Source of the DNA: Monosiga brevicollis MX1
Lineage: Eukaryota
Reading direction: 5' to 3'
DNA: 45,310 bases
NCBI RefSeq assembly: GCF_000002865.3
Contig: NW_001865087.1
Coordinates: 88,269-133,578 of the forward strand
Shown here: positions 22,780 through 42,603 of the stretch, piece by piece
How the letters are laid out: every line of letters starts with the position of its first letter
How positions within the stretch are numbered: position 1 is the first letter of the stretch
Program-made: the position numbers and the translations under genes
The notes under the pieces: generated by a model
What the model was told of the DNA's origin: nothing
Seen by the model: only the letters and a program-made list of their open reading frames with translations
Databases searched by the model: none

Positions 22780-25700
22780 TCAGCGCTGCAAACCTGGAAT
22801 GAGAATCTGGTAGCCATTGGCTGGGCCAACCTGCCGTGAGCCCGTCGACGCCGCGCTCAGCGAGGTGCCCGTGGACTCGAAGCTTGTTAGGGATAACGTG
22901 TCACTGCTTGTATCGTCGTTCAACGCCGTAAGCGAAGCAAAAGGGTTGGCCCCGGTGTATCGAGTCAATGGCGTTAAGAGCATGTTCTGAACCCATTGGC
23001 GCACTTGCTGGTGTGCTTCGCCTGAGGTCTGTGTGAAAAGGAGAGGAATGTTCTTGCGGTGCAAATCATCTACCACGTCCTCCATCCCGGCCGTCAACAC
23101 GCGATCCAGTCCCGAACCATCCTCCTGCATGACCAATAGGACGTCTAGGCATTCGATGACGCAGCCAAATAAAAGTGAGATAAGGTGCTTGGAGCGAGGC
23201 AAGCGCCGGTGAGCGGCCCTATCCTTGCTGAGATGATCCGAGGCCAAAGTACTAACCTGGGCGCGGTAGAAGGTGTGCAGAGGCTTCATACATGCCGGGC
23301 ATTTGAATATGGCGAAGGTGTTGGACGGGAAGGTCGGCAGCGCCGGGCAAGGTGTCATCCAGCAATACGCAGGCCGCATCGCGGCTTTCAACTACTTGCC
23401 AGAGGTCGAGCGCGCCAACTTCGGGCAGGAGCGCCGCCAACTCCAACACGGCGATACCAGCCAACGGGTGTGTGGTAGCCACATGCACCGTCAGGCGGCG
23501 GCTTTGGAAGGCCTCCAAGTTGAGGAAGCTGTTGATCATATGGGCCACAGTCAAGGCCCACGAGAAGATGCGCGTGGTAGCCTCCACAGCACGGGTGGGG
23601 GTGTCCGGCAATGGTCGCTGCAGTCGGAGGTAGTACCACTCTTGCCACGACTTGAGCTGCTGCTTTTGACTGCCACGCCAGCGCTCGCGGGGAGCCAGGC
23701 GCTCGCGATGGAGCTGTTCAAGCTGGCGTTGTTCCTGACCCACCTCCTCCTGAAGCGGGGCCTCCCAACGAAGCTGATCAAGTTGAACAATGGTGTTTTC
23801 GCCCACGCCCAGCGTGGCAAGCTCATCATCCAAAAAACCAGCAGCCTCGAGGCGCTCGGCAATCTCACGGTGCAAATCAGCAGGGCAGCCGTCATTGCCC
23901 ACGCTTTGGCGCCGCCGCATCAGGTACCAGGCGGCTAGGTCGCTGAGGTCGGGGTGAAAGTTGGAGTTTTGTTCACCAGCACGATGCTGGCGAATGGCCA
24001 ACTGGCTCTGGCGCGACTGTAGCTGCAGCGTTTCATCCCGGCGCTTGCCAACCTCGTCCAAGGCTCTTTGACACTGTGCCTCCTGAGACAAATGCGGCGA
24101 GAGGTCCAGCAAAAGTCAATGCATGCCCGGTGAGTTTGCAATCGAGAGCCAAGCAAATATCTGCCTTTCTATGGATGGGCAGGAAAAAGTGTGTTGCGGC
24201 GAGCAAAGTCTGGTGGGATGCACCTACCCGTGGGTGATTGCGGGGAAGAACGGCGAGGGCTTGTTTGTAGGAGCGCGCAGCTCCATCGAGGTCATTTATT
24301 TTTTTCAGGGCCATGCCACGACTGTAGTGAGGACGCCACCACGCTGGTTCAAGCTGCACGGCTTGATAGGCATCCTGGGCGGCGGCACTATAGTCCATGA
24401 GGCCATAGTGTGCAAATGAGCGCATGTTAAAGGTTTGTGCCAGCTGGTGCTCCTTCTCAGCCGTGGAGTGGTCCTGCTCTTCGCTGATCTCCAGTTCGCC
24501 TTGTAAGGCATTGATGATCTTGCTCAAACAGTGCAAAGCGCTGCGATGGTAACCCTGGCCGAGTAGAATCTTGGCCTCGTGTTGCAGGTTCTCAGTGTCC
24601 TGCATGAGATTGCATCATAAGTCTGCACCTACCAGCTCAGGTTGAGCGGAAGCGTTTTCTTTCATGGGGCGCGCGCATACCTCGGGAGCCGCCACGGGTT
24701 CGGTGAGAACGACAGGCCACTTGGGTTGCGGGGAGGAGAGGTGTTGAACGACTTGCTCGAGGGAGTAGCAGGGCAGCGGGAGGTCATTGAGCTTGAAGTT
24801 GTCACCAGGGCGAGCGCGTGCCAGCAGGTGGTGGGACATGCGCGCCTTGTGTACCAGAGACAAGACAAACTGAAAGGCCAAGGCAGCGGTCAGGCGGGCG
24901 TGAACAGGCGAGTCCGAGCCGCCATGGATGGCAAGAGGAAGGGGCGTGGAGGGGGGCAGCGGCAGACCTGTTGGGGGGCTTCGAGATCGTCAAGCGCCAA
25001 GACTTCAAAGCCGGTGGCTTGCTCGTCACTACCATTCTCGCTGACCATTCCCAGGCGCGGGGGCTGGGAACAGACGGCGCGGCCAAGGCCTCCCATGTGC
25101 GAGACGCGGCGCGTGGTGACGGGTGTGGTGGTTTCAAGAGCCACGGACATTAGGCTGCATACGGAGCCGCGGGGACCCTTGATCGGGGCTGGTGCGTCTC
25201 CAGCATCTTCGTCCTCAGGCTCCTCAGCGAGGAGGCTGAGCTGTGAACTGGAGCGAGCTGTTTGATAGAGTTGGGTCACGGCGGCACTGAAGGAGGCATG
25301 ACGCTTGGGTGTTGGGAGAAGTGAGGTGAGAGGGGTGTTTGAAGCTGCGGGAGCTCCACGGAGGGAGCCATTGCTAGAGCACGGATGGGGGTGGGGACAG
25401 GCAGTGATCAGGGCAGGAGAACTATGCCGGGGTTGGCGGTGGTGGGGCCTGACAAAGGGTGGCGCGACGCTCGGGCATCTTACCTGCCGCCGCGAGAGTA
25501 TTTGGCAAGGATCATGGTGCGCCCGTTTTCCAGGGCTCGCAGCGAGTATGAAACGTTGTTGGTGGCTTTGATGCGGATGAGGAAGCGACCATCGTTGACG
25601 GGTCGGCGGGCGGCGAGTAGGCCTAAAAGGAAGGCCAACGTGGCACGGAAACAGGCAGGCAGGCAGGCCGGCAGGGTTGTAGAGGCGTGAGCAAAAACAC

Positions 25701-26186
25701 GGCTGTCACGGCTTGGTGGAGATGATGTGGTAAAGGTGTCGATCGGGTTTGTCGACAGTTCATCTGCTGGTGTGTGGGGGTGGCTCAAGGGAAAGAGCGT
25801 ACGTTCAGCACGTTGGCGGGAGATGGCGGGGTGCAGGTAGGCCGAGACGGGGAGAGCGTTGTTGTCATCGTTGTCGGGAAAACCAGAGTCTCGACTCGGG
25901 CAGGACGTGGGTTGGGAGTCTGTCTCGACAAAGCCTTCTTTATCGATGACGCCGTACTCTGGCAAGTCGGTGGGCAGATGCAACAAATGGTGAGGGCCAG
26001 GGCAGTGGAGGCTTCAAACAAGATGACTGAGCAGGCGAGTGAAGGGCTGAGGGAGTGGCACCGTGTGCTCTGTGTGCTCTGGACAAAACAATGTGTGAGA
26101 GAGGCTTTGCACTGACCTGATTCCAAAGTGGCAGTGACGGCCATGGTCGAGTTGGCAGGCCGGGCAAGCGCCGATTCAGCGTTCAT
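22780..26186 (-). CDS. Split-SH2 + TPR + MSS51/ZMYND15-type C-terminal domain protein, multi-exon (N-terminus uncertain)
   Basis: SH2 N-half YLHPAISRQRAE|RLLAARRPVNDGRFLIR and C-half FVLSLVHKARMSHHLL..CYSLEQVVQHLS..WPVVLTEPV. TPRs (AQTFNMRSFAHYGLMDYSAAAQDAYQAVQLEPAWWRPHYSRGMALKKINDLDGAARSYKQAL). C-terminal motifs SWQEWYYLR, SWALTV, LTVHV, ELAALLP, RPDVLL, IPLLFT, NPFAS, ANGY. Junctions in frame; the start could lie further upstream toward 26630. Confidence 0.8.
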
Positions 26187-26668
26187 GGCGGTGCGTGGCC
26201 TGGCAGCCTCGGTCAGATTGGAGACCAATTCGACCGGGGTTGATGACAATGTGTGAGTTGTATCCTCATCAACAAGAGGGCATGTGCTGGTCGGGCGGCG
26301 TGTGCTTTGGGGACGGGCGCCGGCGAGGGTGGGTGGGGGAAGAGCGAGCTGGGGAAGAGGGGAATGCCACCGACAGACAGCACATCCAGCGACGTTCTTC
26401 CGCCTCGGCCGATGGCACGCCGCGCAATGGTAGGATAACAAAAAGGCCTTGCAGTGCTATGTTTGATTCTACGAGCGGGGAGCCAAGCAACAGAAACGTG
26501 ACTGTATGCGTGCCTGCCTGTGTGAGCGAGTATGGGCATCGCAGAGCAAGCAGACCGCAGCGCAAGCAGCACGGCAAGATGGAGGAATGTGCGATGGCAA
26601 ACATGTCGACACACTGTCCGCCACCATCCTCCATCTGCTTGCATGCATGGAGCCTTGTCATGACGAGC

Positions 26669-26672
<4 letters not shown>

Positions 26673-26758
<86 letters not shown>
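26673..26758 (-). repeat. (GA)n tract upstream of the SH2-TPR gene
   Basis: Direct reading. Confidence 0.97.
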
Positions 26759-26760
<2 letters not shown>

Positions 26761-27805
26761 AAATTTTTAAATTCTTTAGGGCGGAAGGAGTTGATGTCTG
26801 GGCTCGAAGTCAGTCAAGGCCTTTGGTCGGGACTTGGCGCCACAATTGCAGGTGGCCCACCTTGTCCCGCTTCAAAGCTGATCATTGCTCTCTGCTGGTT
26901 TGGTGCGTTTGTGCTATGGGGCGGCGACTTTCAAGCCCATAGCGTTGGCTCGACGAGCGGCGATGCCAACGGCTTTGCCAACGAAACAGGCGTATCAGTG
27001 CCCCAAAGCCCATACCAACTTGTTGGGAGTGTAGACATGAATGAATGGATGTCTTCGTGGGACGACGGCGCGACGGTGAGTCGGTGTCCGTGTCCGTGTC
27101 CGTGTCCGTGTCGGGGAAGAAGGAAGAGGAATGAGGCGGACACGCCGCGCCGGCGCCAAGCGACTCGCACACAGTCACTGCTTTCGTCAAATATTTTGTC
27201 AGCAAAATAGATAAAATATGCTCACTGATTTCGAGAAAAAGGTATTCCACCTAACGAACGATCAAGCCGATACGAGAGGGTAGGGGGGTTGGCAGGTCCA
27301 AGTCAGAGAATGTGCAAGTTTACATGCGGCTTTCAAAGTAAAAACCAAGGCGATTCAGAGGTATCGAGTCCGATCCACCAGTTTCAGAGAGATAGCGCGC
27401 GAGCTCGGCGACGATCTCACAAGCAAGTTGACGGGTCAGTGAATCTCGAGTCTGCAAAAGGGCAGCCGCTTCCCTCCCTCTTCCCGGCTCTCCCCTTTGC
27501 CGTACCCCGTTGCACTTGCATCGTGCTTACACATGGGGGAGGGGGCGTAGCCGGGTGGTGCTTTTGTGTCCTCTGTTGAGCTTGATGCGTCGCATTACGC
27601 TGGCCAGGATGCGGTGCAGCTGATGACTATCCGTTGATCGCTTCTCAACTCGTGCTCGCGCCCGGCGACGATTGGGTAGACGTTTGGCGAGGCGGAGACC
27701 AAGTCGGCATCTGCTTGCCTCGCTGATCGGTGGTGACAGCTTTGCTGTTTGTCCCCTCGCCCGCCCGCTCAGGGCGCACGGGCTGAATCGTTGCCACCAT
27801 CAAAC

Positions 27806-30800
27806 ATGGACAAGCACCTGGCTCCCTTTGATCCAGCGTCGTACACACGCCTGGATCTCCAGCAACCATCGCTGGATGCCATTCCGCCTTATGCGCGGGG
27901 CCGCGTCTACAACCGCTACAATGACATTCTCCCCTCGCCCGCCTCGCGCGTCATCCTGCCCGAGGAACGTGGCGATCCCGCCACGACCTACATCAACGCC
28001 AATTATCTCCCCTTTCTCGGTAACCCAAAGGCCTACATTGCCGCCATGGGCCCCCTCCCCACCACCATTCACAGGTCGGCCGGCCCGCTCGGCCCTCTTG
28101 TTCGAAGATACCTCGTGTTACTCTTTTTTGTTTTGTTTTGTTTTGTGTTCCGCTCACGCATGACTGCTCCTTGGATCGATTTCCAATCTCCAAATCAGCT
28201 TTCTGCGCATGGTGATCGAGCACAAGACCGTCGCCATGGTATGCCCCCGCAGTCCGCCCCCACAGTCCGTCTCCGCCATCCACTGCCCGCCAAACATGCG
28301 TCGGCTTCCCTGTCTCACCATGTTCACTCGACAGGTCATGACCACAAACTTTGAAGAAAAAGGTCGCAAAAAGTGTGAATGGTATGCATCCGTCTGTCCA
28401 TCGCGCCGTGACCCAACGGTCTCCCGCTGCCCTGGACGCACAGGCGCGCAGCCGTCTAATTCTTGCTTCTTTGCCGTTCTGAAAACTTTAGTTATTGGCC
28501 AGAGCTCCCGCAAGATACCATGGAGTTTGGCGACATCAAGGTCCTCTTCCTTCCGGTTCCCCTCACCGCCTTTCCTCCCACTCTAACCAGCCAGATCTCA
28601 CCCACGGCCATTGCCCCTGGCTGGACAGGTCTTCAACGAGGGTCAACAGCAAGAGCAGTTCTTCCGCATCACCCGCTTGCGGCTGGAGCGGGGTGGCACG
28701 ATCCATCGCGTTACGCACTTCTTTTACAACACATGGCCCGATCGCGTGCGTCTGCCCATACCTGTGACTTTTGTGCAAGGGTCAACTCTCCTTCAAATTC
28801 TCATACGCCCACTTCTGCTCCGATGATTTTTTTTTTTTTCCCTCTTTTCTTCTTTTGATTCTGCTCCTACCCTGGACCCATGTTTAGGGTGTGCCACGAA
28901 GTGATGATAACGTCATGTTGACGCGTGGAGTGGTCAAGATGCTGGCTGCCGTGCGGCGCCATCGCATCCAGACCGACAAGGCCACCAGCCCCCTTCTCGT
29001 GCATTGCTCAGCCGGCGTCGGCCGTACCGGGTGCTTTGTTCTCATTGATCAATGCTTCCGCCTTTTGGAACACAATCAACGCGTAAGCCGTCGCACCTTT
29101 GCTTGTGCACGCCCCACGCCCCACGGCCTTGTCCTCGTTGCCTCATGTACCTGGGGCCCGAACCCTCCTTCCATTCATTCGTAGCTGGATCTGGCGGCCT
29201 TGATCAAGGAAAACCGTCGCTATCGCATGGCCTTTGTCCAAACTCCCGAACAGTTTGAGTTTGCTTGGCGCACCGTCGCTGGTTACATCAACTTTCGCCT
29301 GGTGCGCATGACCTCAAATCGGCGAAGCTTGCAGGCTGATGGCCCCATAATTTTCAGCCCGCCCTGATGCAGCCCAAGCTCACGGCGTCCGCGAACTTGT
29401 GTGTCGTAGAAAACTATGGCCCAGGCCCAAGCTACACCCTCTTCCACGAGCTCCAGTCAAGCCCCCGTGCCCGCCGCCAGAGCAAGCCCTGCACCGGTAC
29501 CGGCGGCCGAGCCCTCCCCTCCAACCAGTCCCCGCGAGCCCAAGGAAGGGGACGTGCTCATTACGACCGAGGCCTACAGCAATCCGGACGGACACGACGA
29601 CACACTCTCCTTTCAGGTGCCTGCCCATCCTTCAAAGTCTGCAGCCGCTTTCCCTTCTCAGGCCCCAGTTCTCTCACGTACACCTTCTCTTGGACGCCTC
29701 TGGTCGTCCTCCCAATCACGCATCCACAATTGCTAGGCGGGCATGCGCTGTATCCTCATGGAAAAGTCAGAACACTGGTGGCGCGTTTCCATGCGCAATC
29801 AGGACGGCTGGGTGCTACCTAGCCTTTTGCGTCCTGTCGGCACCACGCCAGTGCCATCGTCAGGGTCTACTGCGGCGCCAGCATCTGCCAAGCCCACTAC
29901 CAAGACCCCAAGCGCGCAGACAAACACCCAAGAAGCGGCGCCAGACCTCTTTGCCACTAAATCCACCCCAGCAGCCGAGGAACCCCCGACCGTGCGTTGT
30001 TGTGTCACGCTCTCAACTGGTGTCCAGACGAGTGATGCCACAGCCTTCCGTATGATGCACTCATGCGAAGCGTCATGCCGGCGTGAATGGCTCCTTCTGG
30101 TAGAAACAAGCTGCTTTGGGCGGCCATGATAGCCAAAGCGGATCAAGGGCGCTGTCTGCAGCTACATCTGCTTCCTCGCTGCGTTCGACCACGTCACCTT
30201 TTGATAATCCCTTCGGCAAAGAGCCACGTGCTGCCGGAACGGCCTCGCCCACTCCCATGCAGAATCCGTTCTCGGCCAAAGCAGGCAACTTTAGACGCCC
30301 CACTCGCTCGTCCAGTTCCTCCACCACTGGTGGAGTCATCACCAAGAACCCTTTTTTGGCCTCCATGGTAGGTCAAGGGGTGGCTTGAGTTGGGCACGGA
30401 TTGATGGGACGAGGCCCAACAGAGTTGTCGTAGCTTATGTCACGATGCATTTGTTTCCCATTCCCCTCTCGGTCGTCCGCTGAGTAGAAAGTCAAGCCCG
30501 GCCAAAAGCTGCAGGCGCGACCAGAGCTCAGCTCGTCGGCCAAGTCCAGCGTGGCGACTGATGCCACGACTGCCAGCAGCATGGATACCGCGCCACCCCG
30601 GGACGATGCCGATGAGGACGAGGTTTTTGATGACCCTGATCCTGGTGGGTCTGGTTGCAGAGGCGTGGCGCAGCGTGGGGTGGCATGGCATTGTTTTAAT
30701 TTTTCTGAGGTTAGCTCATGGTATGCTCATGTTGATGACGAAATAGCTCCTGTGGCAAGTCCAGTCAAGCAGCAAGGGGTGAGTTCTTACGCCCCCCGCC

Positions 30801-31742
30801 TCCTTTTTTCAAGGAGGCCACAAGCGCATGGGCAGTCGCAAGTGGGTTTGAGTTGGGTTGACCTGGAGTGCTTGTTGTCTAGGTGCTCGAGCAAGAGCGA
30901 CCTCTAACATTTGAAGAGATTATGGATCGAGCCACCCGGATGGACGAGAACGGCGACGAGGTGTGTTCAAATTTTCGAGCCCTTGATGCATGCCGTGCAA
31001 CCGTCTATTCTCAACAGAATTTTTCTGCTGAATCACAGCTCCCTCCGTCGGACGACGAGCCCGAAACTGAGGTTAAAAAGCCTGATGGCGTTGCAGCTGC
31101 GGTGGCTCGGGATCAGCCGGTTGTGCCGACTCAGCGCGCCCCGGCTGCCGAGACCACAATGCCTGTCTCCAGTGGTATGTGGCAGCGCAGCGTGGAAACA
31201 TGCCACATATTCGTCGAAGGAACAAAGGGGTGTGGGTTGCGACTCACAATGGTCCTCTTTCGTTGAATCTTGACGTTGTGGTTGAATGGGTGTATTTGCA
31301 GTTGAAAAGGCACCGCGGCCAAAGGAGGCCTACCAGTCTGATTTGCCGGTGGGTTGACTGTTGCGCGGGTCTGCCGCCATTCGCCTCGGTCATCACTCAT
31401 CTTCTTTCACCACTTTGGGCAGGCTTGGACGTATGTGGATGAGCACGGTGAGCTGCGTCGACTGGCAGATCTGGCGCCGGCTTATAAGGTACGCAGCTGC
31501 TTGCGAGGCGTGACCGAGGCGCTCGCGTGTGTGGGTTGCATCAGTCGGCGATGCGTGCGGTTCGATTTGTGTGGCCATCCATGCTGACGCCTGTCGCTGT
31601 GCAATAGCATGAATTTTCTTTGGACCAAGCCCGGCTGCGTCATTTCAGTGAGATTGAGGGCCCGGCCATCGTGTCGCACAACCAAGAGTGGATTGAGCTT
31701 GCGACGGGTCTACCCGCGCGTGCCCTCGTCTCCGAAGCCTGA
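27806..31742 (+). CDS. Non-receptor classical protein tyrosine phosphatase with SH3 domain and three NPF motifs, multi-exon
   Basis: NRYNDILP, YINANY, YIAAMGP, KCECYWP, WPDR|GVP, VHCSAGVGRTG, FVQTPEQF. SH3 (EAYSNPDGHDDTLSFQ|AGMRCILMEKSEHWWRV..GWVLPSLL). NPF at 30206, 30263, 30347. Ends ..ALVSEA*. Confidence 0.9.
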
Positions 31743-32134
31743 ACACAGCGACGATCCCTAGCGCGCTTTCTATAGCGACTGTTGGATCCGAGTTGGCGCG
31801 TGTGCCCCCGATGCCGTATGCATGCCAATGGCGGTCGAGTACAGCCAGCCACCCTTGGAATATAGATGTAGTGACTGTGAATAATTATATTACCATGAAT
31901 ATGCAGGCTCGTGTGCATATTTGCAGGGCGAAGGACGTTGCCATTCGTCCACGCATCTCTTTTCGGGTGTTTAAAATCAACACGCAAGGAGCGAGGAGGA
32001 GCGAGGAAGAACTCGATACACAGACCAAGAGCTTATGGACAAGTACAGTCGCTATGAGCGCCGTGTCAGTTTACGCCGTGACCACCAGGCCTCCGAGTCG
32101 CGCGCTTCCATAAGAAGGTTTGGGGAGGTTTTAC

Positions 32135-32254
<120 letters not shown>

Positions 32255-32672
32255 CAGTTTTCTTTTAATCGTGGTGGATGTCTGACATTTCACACTAAAC
32301 CTCTTGTTAGCAATACAAACTTCACAAACGCTTCAATTCCTCTGACCTTCAGCAACACTTTCCGTCCTATCTCTGTAAAACAACTCTCACTCTCTCTCTC
32401 TCTCCGCGCGGCGACGGACGTTGAGTGCTTCCTCTGGTCCGCGGTCGGCCGAGTATCTATCGACGACCCGCTTGCTTGCCTGGTTGCCTTTTGTGCGCCT
32501 TGGCTGGACGCGCTTGGGTCCTTCCTGGTTTGTTTGATAGCACCGTTACAAGAGTAGCAGAGCTCTGCTTGGCTTGCTTCCTTTTTTTTTTAGTGCATGG
32601 TGTTGAGCGGCGGAACGTTGCGTCACTCAATGGCAGCGACCCGCGCTTGAGCTTTTTGTTTTCAGCAACGCC

Positions 32673-39187
<6,515 letters not shown>

Positions 39188-39680
39188 GGCAGGATTATGA
39201 GCTTGCCATCAGAGCCGACGTTTCTTTCCGTGAAAGATATCGACCGATGAGATATGAATGCGAATATCAACAATCGATTGGGTTTTGTACTGATGGAAAA
39301 TGGGATTCCCGGGCGAAATCACCTGTGTTTTTTAAACGATCGACCAGCTCCCATCCATGGCAGTGAGTCTTGACCGTTGTATCTGCAGCACTTGTTTTCA
39401 CGTTGCATGCTTTCTTTTTTTCTATCTTCTTCTTCATGATCACGACACCACCCCGCATCCCTTCACCGCTGGCCCTGTCTGTGAACGGCGAAGAATTTTC
39501 GTTGTTTTCATGTAATTGGACCCTAACTCTTGTGGTTGCCCACGTGCTACGATGCGCCACGCAAAACGCGGTCAGATGCCGCAAAGGCGATGTACCAGCA
39601 TCCAATTCGTCATGTGGGAAAGGGGTTTCCGTCCCAGGGCTCTAGCTTCTTCGACAATCCAGCACTGCAGCGCACATGGC

Positions 39681-42144
39681 TTACAAGGTTACTTCCCACA
39701 CGCGTACCAGTCCATCATCAGCGCATGTGGCCAGCAAGCGATGTTGTAAGTCGGGTTGATTGGGTGCCCAGGCCAAGCCATTCAGATCCTACAGCAGCCA
39801 AAGCGGAAAGTCAATACAGGCGAACAGCAGGTCTCCACACACCTAGCAATGTCAAGTACAAGTAGAGCATCATAAACGGGAAAAAGTACGCGAGGGACGG
39901 GCTGGGATCTGACCTGATCGTGTGCCTGGAACTGGCCGATGAGCTCATAACTCGGGGTATTGGTATCGGGTTGGACGGCGGTCTATGGACAGGTCAAAGA
40001 AAGCGGGTGAAAATTTGTGGGCGGGGCGCGAGGTCAGCGACAGCTCGTACCTCACGGAACAGGCGGACAATGTTGTCTCCGCCTGCAGTGGCGAGAATGT
40101 TTGTTTCGGGATCCCAATCGACGCTGTAGATGGGCCGGGTGTGTTGACCTGTGGATTGGGGCATGGCGTGATCAGGTGAGGCGAGTCCGAGTGATGTATC
40201 TTGTGGATCTGAGGAGGCAATCGTCGAGGACGGGGTCACACCAGTGATGGTGGCAATGCACTTCCACTTGTCGTCACTGGCAGACGGCGTGACAATGCCT
40301 GCAAAGTCAGAACACACGAGTCGGTTGATCGCTGAGTGGAGGGTGTTGCGTAGGCATGGTGCATAGATTGAACTGTGAGCAGGCAAGGCGGCACCTTGGG
40401 GATTGCCGGGTGGAAAGGCCTGATATACGCGCAGCGTCCGATCATCACCGACGGCAGCTGGGTGTATGAAAGAGAGAGGGAAGACAAGGATGAATGGGTT
40501 CATGCGGGGCCTTTGAGTGACGGGTAAAGCGATGGAACCGGAGTAAAGAATAAAAATGAATGAATGAGCGAAAAAAACCAACCAAGGCGAGACCCATCGG
40601 CGTTGAAGCAAATTTTCCAGACTGTTGACTGGTTGTCACTCAATGTATCACAGCAAATCCTGTGCAGCAGGGACGGATCAGCTCACAACAGAAAACGGCC
40701 TCGGTTATGTGTAGGTGCAAGTGTGTGTGATGTTGGTGGTGGCCGTGTTGCCTGAGCAGGGTGGTGGCGTTGCACGCACCAGTCGGCATTGTCGGGATCG
40801 GCGCGATAAAAGCGAATGGTGTTATCATAGCTGCACGAGGCCAAAAGCTGCGGGGGCGGGCCAGTCGAAGAGGAGCCCCGATGAGCGGACAGTAGAAAGA
40901 TGAGGGAGTGGCGAAAGCAATGGAGTTCTCACGTCGCGGGTGGGGTGCCAGGCTACGGCCTTGACGTCCTGCGAGTGTTCAGCAAGAATGGCGGCACAAT
41001 CAAACTCCTCTTCGTCGGCAAACCCTGTGATACAACACGAGTCGAGGGGGGTGAGGAGAGAGCGGGTACATGTGCATGCCAGCAGGTGTCGCCGCCAAAG
41101 ATTGGCACGGGTCGGTGAAGAGGGGAGACTTGCATTCCCACAGCCAGACGGTTTTGTCACGGCTACAAGTGGCAATGTAGTCACCGCTTGCGCTGAATGC
41201 AACGCCCTTGACCTGTAATACAACGCGAGGGTCGGAGGTGGGTTTGCGCGCTGTCAAGAAGGGTACGCGAGCGCATTGTGTGTGCGACGCCTACCTCATT
41301 CTCATGACCCTCGAGGGTGGCAAAGCATTCAAAGCCTAGGGTGGGTGGGGCATCAGGCGAGGGTGGGTGAGAAATTTGTATGGAGCAGCGTTTGTGGGTG
41401 GCACGGGTGTTTATGTTGACTTGACTCACCAGAAGGCCCCTTTTCCCAGACACAGGTGGTCGAGTCGAAGCTTGCAGCGGCCAGGTAGTTGCCTTCTCGG
41501 CCCCATGAGACTTTTGATAAGAACGTCGGGCAAAGCGATGGCAGAAGGGCGCCGAGATTTGACGAGCAAAAGGTACATTGGCGTGTGAGGGCGAGCAGCA
41601 AGAATGAAGATCCGAGCCCGAGGAGCTGGAAAGGCGCGTGCTGGACCTACGGCTGCGGATGGTCCCTTTTTGTGGACCTTCGAGGGTGGAGAGACAGACC
41701 CAATCACGGGCCTCGCGGGTCCACAACCGAACCGTCTGGTCGCCACTGCTCGAGGCCAGCACGGCGCCTGTGGACAAGGCAGCGGGCCGTCCCGCCCCGA
41801 AGCCTGGCGTGAGGCCATCACCACCAGGCAGCCCCAACGAAAAAGGCGGAGACAGGCGGAGAAGGCGGAGAAGACGGAGACAGGCAGGCAGGCCAAGAGA
41901 CACGAGACACGAGACACGAGCAGAGCAGCGACGCGCGTACCGGTCGGCGACCACTTGACATCCCAAACTCGATCCTCATGACCTGTGAACAGCAACAACA
42001 TAGACACACGTGTCAGTCTCCTTTCCCAACCACCTGCTGCCCAAGCGCTCCCCCACCTCACATAGCATACCACCCCCTCCACCACCGCCGCTGCCGCTGC
42101 CGCTTACCCTCCAGACTCGCCACCATCTTGGCCGTCGCCCCCAT
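39681..42144 (-). CDS. CIAO1: CIAO1/Cia1 WD40 protein of cytosolic iron-sulfur assembly, multi-exon
   Basis: [137 protein letters not shown]. Confidence 0.95.
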
Positions 42145-42170
42145 CTTCTCTGGTGCTCGTGCGTGTGTGT

Positions 42171-42452
42171 GAGAGAGAGAAAACGTCCAACAGTTTGAGA
42201 GAGAAGAGCTTGAGAGAGAAGAAAGAGTTTGAGAGAGTTTTGAGAGAGTGTGAGAGAGTGAGAGAGAGAAGAGAGAGAAGAGTTTGAGAGAGAAGAGTTT
42301 GAGAGAGAAGAGTTTGAGAGTTTTGAGAGAGTGTAAGAGAGTGTGAGAGAGAAGAGTTCGAGAGAAGAGTTTGAGAGAGAAAAGTGTGAGAGATCAGAGT
42401 TTGAGAGAGAAGAGTTTGAGAGAGAGAAGAGTTTGAGAGAGTTTGAGAGAGA
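42171..42452 (-). repeat. Compound GA tract with GAGTTTGAGAGA units upstream of CIAO1
   Basis: Reverse complement of the CTCTCAAACTC unit seen upstream of PINX1. Confidence 0.92.
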
Positions 42453-42603
42453 GCATCGGCCATATTATGCGGATCCTACGTATGGGAGAGCATGGGGGTA
42501 GAGTCGGGGGGTGACGGCAGCAACTTTGCCTTGTCGAGGGGGTCAAGAGGCTCCATTTCTTTCCACTCACTGACGGTTCAGCGGTGCTTGTTCGTATAAG
42601 GGG

